From positions 1 through 64,000 of the forward strand of contig CAWBKP010000004.1 of assembly GCA_963789395.1 (NCBI GenBank): 64,000 nucleotides of DNA, written 5' to 3'. The first letter of the stretch is position 1. Each line of letters starts with the position of its first letter. Positions 1 through 11,131 of this stretch are shown one piece after another. A program made the translations under genes and the position numbers. This stretch comes from an uncultured delta proteobacterium. Lineage in GTDB: Bacteria > Desulfobacterota > Desulfobacteria > Desulfobacterales > Desulfatirhabdiaceae. The notes below the pieces were generated by a model that had not been told where the DNA came from, did not search any database, and was given only the letters and a program-made list of their open reading frames with translations.

Positions 1-550
1 TACACAAGTCAATTATGGCATCATTGCTGATAAAAACAACTCTATCCTTACTGCCTTTGCCATTTTTAACATGTATAAACCGGCGGCTGGATGCAGTTCA
101 TCAAGGGACAGATTTGCAACTTCTTACAACCCTCAAGCCGCATCGAAGCATCAATTTGAAAATAGCCAGGTCACGCAGACTCGTTATACCCTCAAAGAGC
201 CTTTCTATTTCATGATCCTTTAAATATTTCGGCAGCGGCTCGGACTCTCTGAGGGCATAGCCCCTTTTGACAGGATTGAGAATCCGCAAGCCTTCCTCAT
301 CGTATAGATAATCATAAAAGCCCCTGATGCTTTGCAGATAGCAGTTTATTGTTTTGGGCTTCAATCTCTTAGCCAGTAAATGATCAATAAAATAAAGGAT
401 CTGCTCGTTTCCGGCTGTTTCAATCGAAACCGATAGCCACTCTGTAAAATGCTTAAGATTGTTCATATAGTTTCTTAGCGTTCTGTGAGAGTAATTCTTT
501 CTTTTCAAGAATCTCCTGTAATTCAAGATCAAGTTTGTAATAGTTTCATG
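1..550 (-). CDS. Tyrosine recombinase/integrase 2 (SAM-like N-terminal domain), runs off the window, apparent frameshifts
   Basis: ORF 101..532: SHRTLRNY...KTINCYLQSIRGFYDYL, LPKYL, RDLAIFKLMLRCGLRV (catalytic Arg box). Probable ATG near 548-550. Confidence 0.85.
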
Positions 551-568
551 AATTTCCCCTCGCTCTAA

Positions 569-2108
569 CCCTACAACGCAATATGGTAAATGTTATTAGT
601 TATCCCGCAGCTTTTTTCGCCTATGCGATAGATAAGCGCGGTGATTCCGGTTTTGAATCCAATGGACCAGCTCGATGGTCAAGTCGACGTCAAACCTTCT
701 CATAGGCAAAACTGCTCTGAGCAGCACTCTAAGCTGTGATAGAGTAAGCGATGGTGCTTTTTTTTCCCAATCGAATCTTCTGGTGCCAGAGGAAGAAGTG
801 TGCCATCATACAAGTGAGCATATGATGATGCCAGCCAGGAAACTTTCGCACCTCATAATGGTCCATGCCCAGCTCTGTCTTGGTTTCTTCAAAGCACTGT
901 TCGATGGACCACCTCAGACCGCTGAGCCAGACAAGGGTTTTCAGTCGAACGCTGGTGGATGCATTGGATATAAAGTATGAGTACTCAGGCTCTGCTGTAA
1001 TACTGCGCCGGACCAATAGCCAGACTGTCCTTGTGGGCTGGTCATCTTTGCACAGAATTACTTGGCGCCGGGTAAATTCATATTCGATAGGCCCTTTGGA
1101 CCCTTCTGAAACAATTCTGCGATACCAGAAAACCTTTGCCAGGCTACTGGCAAAATCGGCAAATGTGGTGGGATCAGTGGCCTGGTCGGTGATCACCCGC
1201 TTGACTCTGTGCTTTCCGCCGTACTGGTAGCTTTTCTGTATGGTGGCAGGACGTTTCAGCCAACACTTGGTATTGGATGGCATCTGGACCATATAGGTGA
1301 CGTCCACCAGCGAATCAGCAACATCAATGAACTCAGGGCTGGTTGCGTAGACAGAATCGGCCAGGATGTATCGAAACGGAAGTTGCTGCTTCTCTGTAAA
1401 CTCTTTCAGCATCTCGGCTGCCAGTTGGGGTTTGGTTTTAAATTCGATGTCAGACGGCAACTTACATTTTTTCCGTCGAGCTTCATATTCTTCCGTAAAC
1501 CATTTTTGAGGCAGATAAAGACGTTTGTCAATCAGGGCATAACCATGGGGGCTGGTGTAGGATGCAAAAACTCCTACCTGACAGTTTTCAACTTTGCCGA
1601 TGGAACCACAATATTGTCGGCCAACACCAATGGAGTCGTCTCCCTTTTTCTGAAAACCGCTTTCATCAAAAACGATGGCACCATCGGGATGGCCCAAATC
1701 TTCATTTACAAGATAACGATACTTAGACATTATTTTTTTGTCATCCCATGGTGCATCGGATACAAACCGCTGCATAGCCCTGACTTGAGCCCCTTCGATA
1801 GCAAAAGATATGGGCTCAATCGATTTACGTTCGATCGGGCTGAACTGGCCTGACATGTAGCGCAAAAAGTTATCTCGGGACTCACTACGCTGAAAACAAT
1901 CGGCAAAGTCTTCATGGAACGCTCTAAGATCATTAATTAAATCGTCAATATCAGTTCGGACGAGATCAAACTTGGGAACATCGTACAAGTAATCAGATTG
2001 TCGAATTTCTGGTAGCATCGCTTGCCTCCTTTCTGCGTTTTTGTTGCGCAGTATAGCAGGCAAATGTGAATCAATCAAGCCTAATTCATATTAAATTACG
2101 TTGTAGGG
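569..2108 (-). mobile_element. IS701-family insertion sequence
   Basis: Terminal inverted repeats CCCTACAACGCAAT (from 569) and ATTACGTTGTAGGG (to 2108). TAG (CTA on +) occurs at both flanks, 565-567 and 2109-2111. Confidence 0.9.
729..2078 (-). CDS. IS701-family DDE transposase
   Basis: RKSIEPI, FDESGFQKKGDDSIGVGRQYCGSIGKVENCQVGV, RWSIEQCFEETKTELGMDHYEVR..GWHHH motifs. Confidence 0.93.
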   Translation of the reverse strand: MIDSHLPAILRNKNAERRQAMLPEIRQSDYLYDVPKFDLVRTDIDDLINDLRAFHEDFADCFQRSESRDNFLRYMSGQFSPIERKSIEPISFAIEGAQVRAMQRFVSDAPWDDKKIMSKYRYLVNEDLGHPDGAIVFDESGFQKKGDDSIGVGRQYCGSIGKVENCQVGVFASYTSPHGYALIDKRLYLPQKWFTEEYEARRKKCKLPSDIEFKTKPQLAAEMLKEFTEKQQLPFRYILADSVYATSPEFIDVADSLVDVTYMVQMPSNTKCWLKRPATIQKSYQYGGKHRVKRVITDQATDPTTFADFASSLAKVFWYRRIVSEGSKGPIEYEFTRRQVILCKDDQPTRTVWLLVRRSITAEPEYSYFISNASTSVRLKTLVWLSGLRWSIEQCFEETKTELGMDHYEVRKFPGWHHHMLTCMMAHFFLWHQKIRLGKKSTIAYSITA

Positions 2109-3163
2109 CTATTTTACCCATCGCTTTGAAATACTCGTTCTCTCTTGTCCTGTTCGTCAGTCTGGCATAACGCCTGGTGGCTTCTACAGAGTGATGGCCC
2201 AGCAACTCCCTGAGGCACTCAAGGGGTATCCCGGCGTTTAAAAGAGAACTGGCATTGGTGTGCCGCAAACAATGCAGCGTATAACCTTTGTGTAAGAGAT
2301 TTGCTTTTTCCAGATACTTGCAGAACATGACCCGGGCTCCGGCGTATGTCAATTTGTCACGTCCCATCCCATAAAAGATGAACGGCTTTTGCGAATCCCT
2401 TTTTTGATACCAGGCTGTTAAAGCATCACGGGCATCGTCGCTAAAATAAACTACCCTGCCGACTCGGCTCTTCTGCGCCTCCCATATCTCTATCTTGCGT
2501 TCCACCAGATTTACGTCGCAAACCTTTGTGTTCAATAACTCTCCGATTCTCATTCCGGTTCTCAAAAGCAGTACAATCATTGCGCGATTTCGAATATCGT
2601 CTATAACTGAAAGCAGCTTTGCTTCATCCTCCATTTCCATAGCCTTTGGCAGTGAATCAGGAACCTTGATGATCATCCTTCTTAAAAGTACGTCAGATGA
2701 AATGACACCATTTTCAACCTGATATCGGATGAAACCTTTCAATGATTCCAACCTAGTTCTGACCGTAGAAGCCTTTAATCCCCGGTCTTGCATATGTTCA
2801 ATGAATGCTCCCAGATCAGCCCTGGTGATTTCTTCAAGAAAATTCTTACCGTCCTGCTGAACCAACACAAGGAAGGAGACGATGGCGTTCAACATATTCT
2901 TAATACTATTGAGTCTGAAATTGCGGCGGTATTGATCCCGCAGATAGCTCTCCACATGGTCTTTCCCAGGAACCTCAATCTGCCAGAGTTTTAATAATAT
3001 TCTGGAGAGCCCATCTTTGGACAAAAAATTGTGTCTGCCTTTTAATTGGCTGGTTTGTTTGACAATTAGAATGGGTGATAGATAACTTGCTACTTGATTA
3101 TCTGAAATCAAGCAGGTATGGTTTTGTAAGTGGTTGAAACCCTTGGTGGGAATTTGTTGGGGG
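2086..3163 (-). CDS. Tyrosine recombinase/integrase 1; native C-terminal tail cut off by IS701; start uncertain (TTG ~3024 or lost to IS3)
   Basis: LLLRTGMRIGE, HCLRH, LGHHS..TRRYA catalytic motifs. The first ~59 aa of ORF 2086..3339 are IS3 sequence. Confidence 0.88.
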
Positions 3164-3228
3164 TGCGGTGGTCCCCAAAAACTGGACAATGTGTTAAGCT
3201 CTGATTCACAACCTGAAAGGAGCTTTGC

Positions 3229-3510
3229 ATGATTAAGAAACGAAAACAGTACAGCCCTGAATTCAAGGCAAAAGTGGCGCTGGCCGCTCTGAGAAACGAG
3301 CAGAGCATCGCCGAGCTTGCAGTCCGATTTGAAGTTCACCCAACCATGATCGGAAACTGGAAGCGGGAACTGATCGAGGGTGCCGCCGAGTTATTTGACA
3401 AAGGGCAGAAAACCAAAAAGCAACATACCGCCGCGGTGGATGAACTCTACCGCCAAATCGGACAGTTGAAGGTAGAAAAGGATTTTTTGTCAAAAGGACT
3501 CGGTCTTTAG
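3229..3510 (+). CDS. IS3 transposase OrfA (HTH)
   Basis: KRKQYSPEFKAKVALAAL...IAELAVRFEVHPTMIGNWK...LYRQIGQLKVEKDFL. Confidence 0.92.
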   Translation: MIKKRKQYSPEFKAKVALAALRNEQSIAELAVRFEVHPTMIGNWKRELIEGAAELFDKGQKTKKQHTAAVDELYRQIGQLKVEKDFLSKGLGL

Positions 3511-3530
3511 AACCTGAACCGCGCAGTAAG

Positions 3531-4420
3531 ATGCTTGATTCAAAGCATCTGGGACTAAGCCTTAAACGCCAATGCGATCTTCTGGGCATCAACAGATCAT
3601 CCATCTATTACAAGCCCCGGCCGATACGTCCGGAGGATCTTGAGATGATGAAATTGATTGATGACCAATATATGAAAACGCCGGTTTACGGCACCCGCTC
3701 TATGCGGGATTATTTAAACAGGCAAGGATATAAAGTGAACCGGAAGCGGGTTCAGCGACTCATGCGGCTGATGGGACTTGAAGCGATTTACCCAAAACCA
3801 AACACCAGTAAGCCGCATCCTGGACACCGAATTTATCCCTATTTGTTAAAGGGGTTAGACATCAACCGACCTGATATGGTTTGGGCCACTGATATCACCT
3901 ATATTCCCATGAGGCGTGGGTTTATGTATCTGGTCGCAATCATGGATTGGCACAGCCGGAAAGTGCTTTCCTGGCGCATATCCAACACACTCGATTCAGA
4001 GTTTTGTGTATCTGCCCTGGAGGAGGCGATCGCACGTTATGGCTGCCCTGAGATATTCAACACTGACCAGGGCAGCCAGTTCACAAGATGGCATTTACAA
4101 ACGTTTTAAAATCTAACGATATCAAAATCAGCATGGATGGCCGTGGCAGGTGTATGGACAACATCTTCGTCGAACGTCTCTGGTGGACGGTGAAATATCA
4201 CTATCTTCACCTTCATTCGTTTGAAAACGGCCTCGAATTACAAAAAGGCTTGAGAAGTTGGTTTGAGTATTATAATCGGGAACGGACGCATCAGTCGTTG
4301 AACAGGATGACCCCTGACGAATGCTATTTCAAAGATCAGGAAAAACAGGCGGCCTGGTGGCCAGGCGCCAACCGGGCCAACTCCAGTCGCCCTACGGGCT
4401 CCTTCCGTTGGTCCGGTTGA
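3531..4420 (+). CDS. IS3 transposase OrfB (rve integrase core), frameshift near 4085
   Basis: WATDITY, IFNTDQGSQFT, then in the shifted frame ISMDGRGRCMDNIFVERLWWTVKY. Confidence 0.9.
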
Positions 4421-4625
4421 AAAGCCTACAAGAAGCGAATAAACAACATAACTGGCTCAGAGCTTAATCACATTGAAAAGCTGTCCAAAGCATGGGGACC
4501 ACCGCAAGTCAATTGCCATTTTGTTACGTACATCCAATGCAATAATTGATTGATAAGGAATGGAAAATCGATCTTCAAAATAGCCGGCCCAAAGCCAAAG
4601 ACCCCGACCCGGCCACCTTCATAAA

Positions 4626-4820
4626 TTACCCTTGGAGGTTGTCAATCCTCCGTATCGCTTCAACATCGCTGACTTTTCCCAGATAACTCTGTGTTGCATT
4701 TAAGATAGAATGTCTCAACCATATTTTGGAAATGGTTTCAACCGGTGTTCCGGACCGGAATGCATCTGTGCCAGAGCGCTTCCGCAGATCCCGGGGTTGA
4801 TCAAATGTTTTGACGATCAT
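4626..4820 (-). pseudogene. Degenerate C-terminal fragment of a third tyrosine recombinase
   Basis: DLRKRSGTDAFRSGTPVETISKIWLRHSILNATQSYLGKVSDVEAIR resembles an HDLRRH...SG.P.E.VSK..LRH..L..TQ.YLG integrase tail with eroded catalytic residues. Confidence 0.7.
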
Positions 4821-5017
4821 TGGTCTGATCGGCTATGGTTTAAGTTACCAGAAAAAAAGCATGAATAATAATATGGAAATAACTACTTTCTGATAGAGCG
4901 AATAAAACATAAATCGAATACGGACAAGGAGATGCATGAACTGATAATTTCAATTTTGTCGCCTATGAAGATATGGAGTTTTCAGAATCGGAGTGTAACA
5001 GACCTTAGAGGCACATA

Positions 5018-6986
5018 TTGACAATCAAGAAAATCAAAACAAATGGCGCCGCCGAACTTCGCCAACGTGCCGAACAGATCGCTCAAGGAAAAACGACCCT
5101 GTCGCAGAAATGCCTAAAGGCCCTGTCGCAGGAAGAAATTCAGCAGATGTTCCACGAACTTTATCTGCATCAGATCGAATTAGAATTGCAGAACGAAGAG
5201 TTGAGACAAAAGCAACTGGATCTGGAATCTTCCCGGGATCATTTCTTTAACTTCTTCGATCTATCGGCGGTCGGATATTTTACCTTGAGCGAAGACGGGT
5301 TGATTCATAGAAGCCAATCTCACGGCAGCTAAACTTCTGGACGTTCCCAAAAGCTCCCTTGCCATGCAGTCGCTGACCCGTTATATTCTTCACGAAGACC
5401 AGGACATTTACTACCTGCACCGCAAAAAGCTGATTGATATGGGACAGCCTCAGAACTGCGAACTGAGGATGGTGAAAAATTTCGATATTTCTTTTTGGGT
5501 AAGGCTTGAATCGAATACAGTTCAAAACGTTGAAGGCAATTTCGTAACGCGTGTCGTCATGATCGATATTTCCGAGCGAAAGCGGTCAGAGGAGGTTTTG
5601 CGGGAAAGCGAAAAGAAACTTCAAACCATCTTTGAACTCGTTCCGATTGGCCTTATTCTATTAGACAGCAAAGGCGTGGTCTTGGACTGTAATCACCAAC
5701 TATCCGAGATATTTGGCGTCCCGAGAGAAAATTACATCGGCAAAAATCTTCCTGACAGAATACCGGAAGGCCCTGTGCGTCAGAATTTGGTTGATACACT
5801 CGCTGACAATAAAAATCATCAATATGAAGGGCCATATACCTCTATTTTAAGTGGAAAAGAATTATACATCCACGTCTCCAGCAAAAAGATAACCCCCGAC
5901 CTAATCATCGCTATCATCATGGATATTACGGAGCATAAACGAGCCGTAAATGCGTTGGGAAAGAGTGAAGCCCATTTGAAAACCCTGGTGGAAACCATCC
6001 CGGACCTGATCTGGCTTAAAAATCCGGATGGAGTCTATCTGGACTGTAATGCAAAGTTCGAACATTTCTTCGGTGCGGCAAAAAATGAGATCATTGGCAG
6101 GACCGATTATGACTTTGTTGACAGAAAGCTTGCCGACTTTTTTCGGGAACACGACCGTAAAGCCATGGCAGCATGTAGACCTTGCAGCAACGAGGAATGG
6201 CTCACTTTTGCCAATGGGGGGTATCACGGCTTTTTTGATACCATAAAGACGCCTATGTCGGACGCTGGGGGCAATCTCATAGGTGTCCTTGGCATCGCCC
6301 GGGATGTCACGGAGCGCAAGGTTGCCGAAGAGAATATTAAGGCCGCATTGCAAGAAAAAGAGGTTTTGCTCAGAGAGATCCACCATAGGGTCAAGAACAA
6401 CATGCAGGTAATCAGCAGCCTGCTTTATCTTCAAGCCTCAAGGGTCGAGACTCGTCAGGCGAAAGAGGCTTTGCTGGAGAGTCAGCAGCGCATCGTTGCC
6501 ATGGCAATGATCCATGAGACACTCTATGGCAGCGAAAACCTTGCGGCTATCAATCTTTCAACCTACTTGAAGAATCTCGTCCACCACCTGCAGAGAATTC
6601 ACAGCAACCAGAGGAACATACGGATTAATCTGGATCTTGATAAGATTGAATTAGATATCACCCACGCACTGCCCTGCAGTTTAATTTTCAACGAACTTAT
6701 CACCAACGCATTCAAGCATGCCTTTCCGAATGAAAGAAAGGGGACGGTTCAAATCAGACTGCATCGAGTCGTCAATCAAGAGGTCTTGCTGGAAGTCAGC
6801 GACAATGGCGTGGGGCTTTCGCCTGACCTGGATTTGGTTACGCCTTCATCTTTGGGGCTGATGCTTGTCCAAAGGTTACTAAATAAACAGTTAAAGGGGA
6901 GTATGAATGTGACCTCAGCAAATGGGGGGGCAACCTTTACTCTTCACTGGCCATTACTGATTTCGGCGCCACGCAATGCCAGGTAG
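5018..6986 (+). CDS. Multi-PAS sensor histidine kinase, HisKA_2 type (frameshift ~5300)
   Basis: N-terminal coiled coil HQIELELQNEEL, three PAS domains, LREIHHRVKNNMQ, ELITNAFKHAF, DNGVG. Confidence 0.88.
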
Positions 6987-7216
6987 GTGATCCAAAATAA
7001 CACAGCGACGTACCGAAAACATCTGGATAAGCCTGTTTGAACTTTTCATGTATTGTTATCCCCAAGCAGAAATATTAACAGGCTGGGTTTCTGATGAATA
7101 CATTTTGTATCAATAATGAAGGCAGTACTCAAGCTAATAGGCAAGCAATACTTGAGTTGAGAAAAGCATTTTATCGGAAATAAACCATATTGGTTTGTTG
7201 GACCATAGGAGTCCCC

Positions 7217-8356
7217 ATGTCTAAAAAGCCCACCTATGAAGAAATGGTGGCTCGGGTCAAGGCCTTGGAGCATGAATTGGCGGACTCCAAAAAGCAGGAC
7301 AACACCATAATCCGCCTTTTGTCAGAGGAATTCAAGCAGCTATCGAACCGATCCCAGGATGCTATCTATCAGTTCGATATCGAATCGCGAACCTTCTCAT
7401 TCTTCAACAAACTGTTTTTGTCGTTGTATTCGATCGAAGAAAGCGGGGTGAGAGTTCTATCCCCAAAGAGCGTTCTCCTGCATATCCATCCCGACGATCG
7501 TGCTAAGGTCAAGGCAGCCAGGACGCTGTCGTTTGAGCCTCCCAATACCACAGGGGATATCGAATATCGCCTGCTGGAAAACGACGGTTCCATCCGTGTA
7601 ATGCACGACCGATGGAGCGTGGTACGAAGTCCCGATGGCACGCCTGTGACCATTGAAGGATTTATTCGAGACAACACCTGGCGTCACCAGGTTGAAAAAG
7701 AGTTCGAACTGAGCCTGCACAACTCCCCCATCGGCGGATACATCGTCCAAAATGCCCGCTTCAGGTATGTAAATCCGGAGTTCATACGCATCACGGGATA
7801 TGGCAAGGACGAACTGATCGGCACCGAACCGTTGCACATCGTTCAACCCCAGCACAGAGATCAGGCGAGGGAGAACTGCATCTCGATGTTAAAAGGGGTA
7901 CGCCAGTTTCCCTATGAATTTCTGATCGACGACAAAGAGGGCAACCCAAAATGGATTCTTGAAACCGCCACCTCCATCCAATACCAGGGGGGTCGCGCGG
8001 GTATGTGCTATTTCATGGATATCTCCAAAATCAAGCAGGCTGAAAGTGAGCACTTGGAAAAGGAAAAATTGCTCTCGGTCCTGGAGATAGCCGGAGCTGT
8101 CGGACATGAACTCAACAATCCGCTCCAGGTGGTGTCAATCTGCACCGAAAAATTGGCGCCCGCCTCGGATGCGGATCACCGTCAAACCAAATTATACCGT
8201 CTTCTGAAAAAAAATGTCGAAGAAATGCGGAAGATCATCCATAAATTTCAAAACATCACCCAATATGCTACGAAGGCATATGTGTGCGGAAAAAAAATCA
8301 TTGATCTTGATAAGGCATCTGCGCAAAGGCCGGACAAAGCATCAGGCCAAGACTGA
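7217..8356 (+). CDS. PAS-PAS protein with HisKA phospho-acceptor but no HATPase domain
   Basis: RBS AGGAG then ATG 7217. MSKKPTYEE N-terminus, two PAS/PAC domains, GAVGHELNNPL, ends without N/G boxes. Confidence 0.8.
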   Translation: MSKKPTYEEMVARVKALEHELADSKKQDNTIIRLLSEEFKQLSNRSQDAIYQFDIESRTFSFFNKLFLSLYSIEESGVRVLSPKSVLLHIHPDDRAKVKAARTLSFEPPNTTGDIEYRLLENDGSIRVMHDRWSVVRSPDGTPVTIEGFIRDNTWRHQVEKEFELSLHNSPIGGYIVQNARFRYVNPEFIRITGYGKDELIGTEPLHIVQPQHRDQARENCISMLKGVRQFPYEFLIDDKEGNPKWILETATSIQYQGGRAGMCYFMDISKIKQAESEHLEKEKLLSVLEIAGAVGHELNNPLQVVSICTEKLAPASDADHRQTKLYRLLKKNVEEMRKIIHKFQNITQYATKAYVCGKKIIDLDKASAQRPDKASGQD

Positions 8357-8507
8357 TCTTATGCCTTTGTTACCCTACGGCAAAGTTTTTAGAAGTCATA
8401 TTAGTTAAAGATACCAACATGATACACAATTTGTCATTTCGAGTCACCCCTTAAATCATAATGTAAGATTTGTTGAATACCAATTACTTTAAATTTATTA
8501 CCGACAA

Positions 8508-10784
8508 TTGGAGGACGCCATTTTGATAAAGCAAGACGCCTATACATTTAGCAGATTAATTATCGCAGCGTATCGGGTACCTTTCAGCATTACCAAAAGA
8601 CGTCAGAAGAAGGAATTGGTTCAGAATTCCGGAGGGTTGGTATCAGCTATTCTGACCATGTCACAAAAGATGGATACATACTTTAAAGCTGATTTTGCAA
8701 AAAAAATCGTTTGGGTCGGATGTTCTGATCACTCCAGAGAGGATTTTGCCGAACTGACTACCAAGATGAAAAATATCGATATTGTCCCCGTCAGTATTGA
8801 TCAAAAAACCCATCGAAACTATTACAATGGATTTTGTAACAACACGATCTGGCCCCTTTTCCACTATTTCTCATCGCTTTCCGTGTTTGATGAGAATTAT
8901 TTTGATAGTTATGTCAAGGCCAATCATTTGTTTTTGAAAGCAATTGAAAAGTCCATTCAGCCGGACGATATGATCTGGATTCATGATTATCAACTTTTTT
9001 TATTGCCGGCGCTGATACGCGATCGCTTCCCGAAAGCCAATATCGGTTTTTTTCTACATATTCCGTTCCCTTCCTATGAAATTTTCAGGACGATGCAGCC
9101 CGAATGGCGGGAGAAAATCCTTCGCGGAATTTTGGGCGCCGATCTGATCGGGTTTCATACCAATGATTATACGCAGCATTTTTTAAAAAATGTTCGCAGA
9201 ATTCTGGGATATGAAACCAGCCTGCGGAAAATATCCACGGAAGACCGTATCGTCAAAGTTGATGCTTTTCCATTGGGCATTGATTATGAAAAATTCAACC
9301 AGGCGGCATTGACTCCGGCGGTTCAAAAGGAAATCACCGCCATAACGTCGGAAGTCGGGTCCAATAAGTTGATATTCTCGGTTGACCGCTTGGATTATAC
9401 CAAGGGAATTCTGCACAGGCTCCTGGGGTTTGAATATTTTCTGGAAAAATTCCCGTACTGGCACAATCGCGTGATCTTCAACATGGTGGTGGTTCCTTCA
9501 CGGGACACCATCCCCCGGTATCAGGAGATGAAAAAGGAAATCGAGGCAGCGGTGGGTCGGATCAACGGCAGGTTCAGCTCCATCAACTGGAGACCCATTG
9601 TCTATCAATACCGGTCATTGACTTTTAACAAGCTCGTTGCGCTCTACAGTTTCAGCCATGTCGGGCTCATTACACCGCTTCGGGACGGCATGAATCTGGT
9701 GGCTAAAGAATATGTGGCCAGCAAAAACGATACTGCCGGCGTGCTGATTCTGAGCGAAATGGCCGGTGCGGTTGCAGAACTGGGAGAAGCCATTATCATC
9801 AATCCCAGTGATCACAAGGAAACGGGCAATGCGATCTGCAAAGCGCTTGAAATGGATGACGATGAACGGACACTGCGCATCCGGCAAATGCAGATGAGAC
9901 TGAAAGCTTACAATGTGTTTTCATGGACAAATGATTTTTTGAATCAACTTGAACTCATAAAAAACGAGCAGAGGCAAATGGACGTCAGATTTATGAACGC
10001 AGATATCGAAAAACTGATGATTCAGCAATATAATCAATCCGCTAATAGAGCTATTTTCCTGGATTATGACGGCACCCTTGTTCCCTTTTCCAGCCATCCG
10101 GAACTGGCCAAACCCAGCCCTGTGCTTATCGATCAATTGTATCGGTTATCTATTGACCCCAAAAACACGGTGGTTATCAGCAGCGGCAGACAAAAGGACT
10201 TTCTCGACCAGTGGTTCGGTCATCTGGGCATCTGTCTCGTCGCCGAACATGGCGCGATGGTAAAAAAGCCCGGGCATGACTGGACGGTTGAAATCGATCT
10301 GGACCAGGAATGGAAACAAACCGTCTATCCCATGATGCAACGCTATACAGAAAGGTGCGAAGGATCTTTCATAGAGGAAAAGACCGCTTCCCTTGCATGG
10401 CACTTTCGTAACACCGATGTCGATTTTGCCTTTGTCCGGTTGCAGGAACTGAAAGAAGAACTGCAGGAAATGATGGCTCACGAACCCTCGTTGCAGATAC
10501 TGGAGGGGCACAAAGTGATCGAAGTGAAAAATAAAGGCTATGATAAAGGCGTGGCTGCATCCCATCTGATTCACCAGAACCCGGGCTTGGATTTTTTTCT
10601 TGCAATCGGCGATGATCGAACGGACGAGGACCTCTTCATCGCACTGCCTCCTGAGAAAGAGGGGGGGGAGGAGGAGAGGGGAGCTGTTACCATAAAAGTC
10701 GGCACCGTAACTTCCAACGCAAAATATAACTTAAGACAGCAGAAGGACGTTTTATCGTTTATTGACAAGCTGTTAGAAACATGA
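8508..10784 (+). CDS. Bifunctional trehalose-6-phosphate synthase/phosphatase (OtsA-OtsB fusion)
   Basis: GGLVSA, YYNGFCNNTIWPLFHY, WIHDYQL, FFLHIPFP, DRLDYTKG, LRDGMNLVAKEY; HAD domain FLDYDGTL...GDDRTDED. Confidence 0.95.
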   Translation: MEDAILIKQDAYTFSRLIIAAYRVPFSITKRRQKKELVQNSGGLVSAILTMSQKMDTYFKADFAKKIVWVGCSDHSREDFAELTTKMKNIDIVPVSIDQKTHRNYYNGFCNNTIWPLFHYFSSLSVFDENYFDSYVKANHLFLKAIEKSIQPDDMIWIHDYQLFLLPALIRDRFPKANIGFFLHIPFPSYEIFRTMQPEWREKILRGILGADLIGFHTNDYTQHFLKNVRRILGYETSLRKISTEDRIVKVDAFPLGIDYEKFNQAALTPAVQKEITAITSEVGSNKLIFSVDRLDYTKGILHRLLGFEYFLEKFPYWHNRVIFNMVVVPSRDTIPRYQEMKKEIEAAVGRINGRFSSINWRPIVYQYRSLTFNKLVALYSFSHVGLITPLRDGMNLVAKEYVASKNDTAGVLILSEMAGAVAELGEAIIINPSDHKETGNAICKALEMDDDERTLRIRQMQMRLKAYNVFSWTNDFLNQLELIKNEQRQMDVRFMNADIEKLMIQQYNQSANRAIFLDYDGTLVPFSSHPELAKPSPVLIDQLYRLSIDPKNTVVISSGRQKDFLDQWFGHLGICLVAEHGAMVKKPGHDWTVEIDLDQEWKQTVYPMMQRYTERCEGSFIEEKTASLAWHFRNTDVDFAFVRLQELKEELQEMMAHEPSLQILEGHKVIEVKNKGYDKGVAASHLIHQNPGLDFFLAIGDDRTDEDLFIALPPEKEGGEEERGAVTIKVGTVTSNAKYNLRQQKDVLSFIDKLLET

Positions 10785-10834
10785 TGGGAAGATGTTGAAC
10801 GTAACGTGGTAATGAAAACAGGTCGTTGTGAGCA

Positions 10835-10999
10835 TTTTTACCGATTTGTTCTTACTGCGAGAAGATTCATGATGATAACGGCTATGAGAATCAGATTGAG
10901 CCCTTCATCCACGAGCATTCGGAAGTAAAATTTAGCCAGCGTATCTGCCAAGAATGTGCTAAATAACATTACCCCGATATGGACATATATGACGATTGA
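10835..10999 (+). pseudogene. Remnant of a Cys-rich signalling-protein C-terminal module (LPICxxCK..IRDD.GYW type)
   Basis: Manual translation FLPICSYCEKIHDDNGYENQIEPFIHEHSEVKFSQRICQECAK*HYPDMDIYDD* with an internal stop and no intact upstream domains. Confidence 0.7.
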
Positions 11000-11131
11000 A
11001 TGGACTTCTGATTATTGTTATCCTGTTCGAAACTATTTATGAATCGGTAATGCTCAACAATACCAGCCGTTTTCAAGGGCAAGGCATATGCGGCATCCGA
11101 TGAGTACCCGTCAATAAGAAGGACATCCATA

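Larger units (their letters stand above)
3164..4506 (+). mobile_element. IS3-family insertion sequence
   Basis: IRL TGCGGTGGTCCCCAAAAACTGGACA (3164-3188) and IRR TGTCCAAAGCATGGGGACCACCGCA (4482-4506). TG...CA ends and orfA/orfB layout. Confidence 0.93.
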
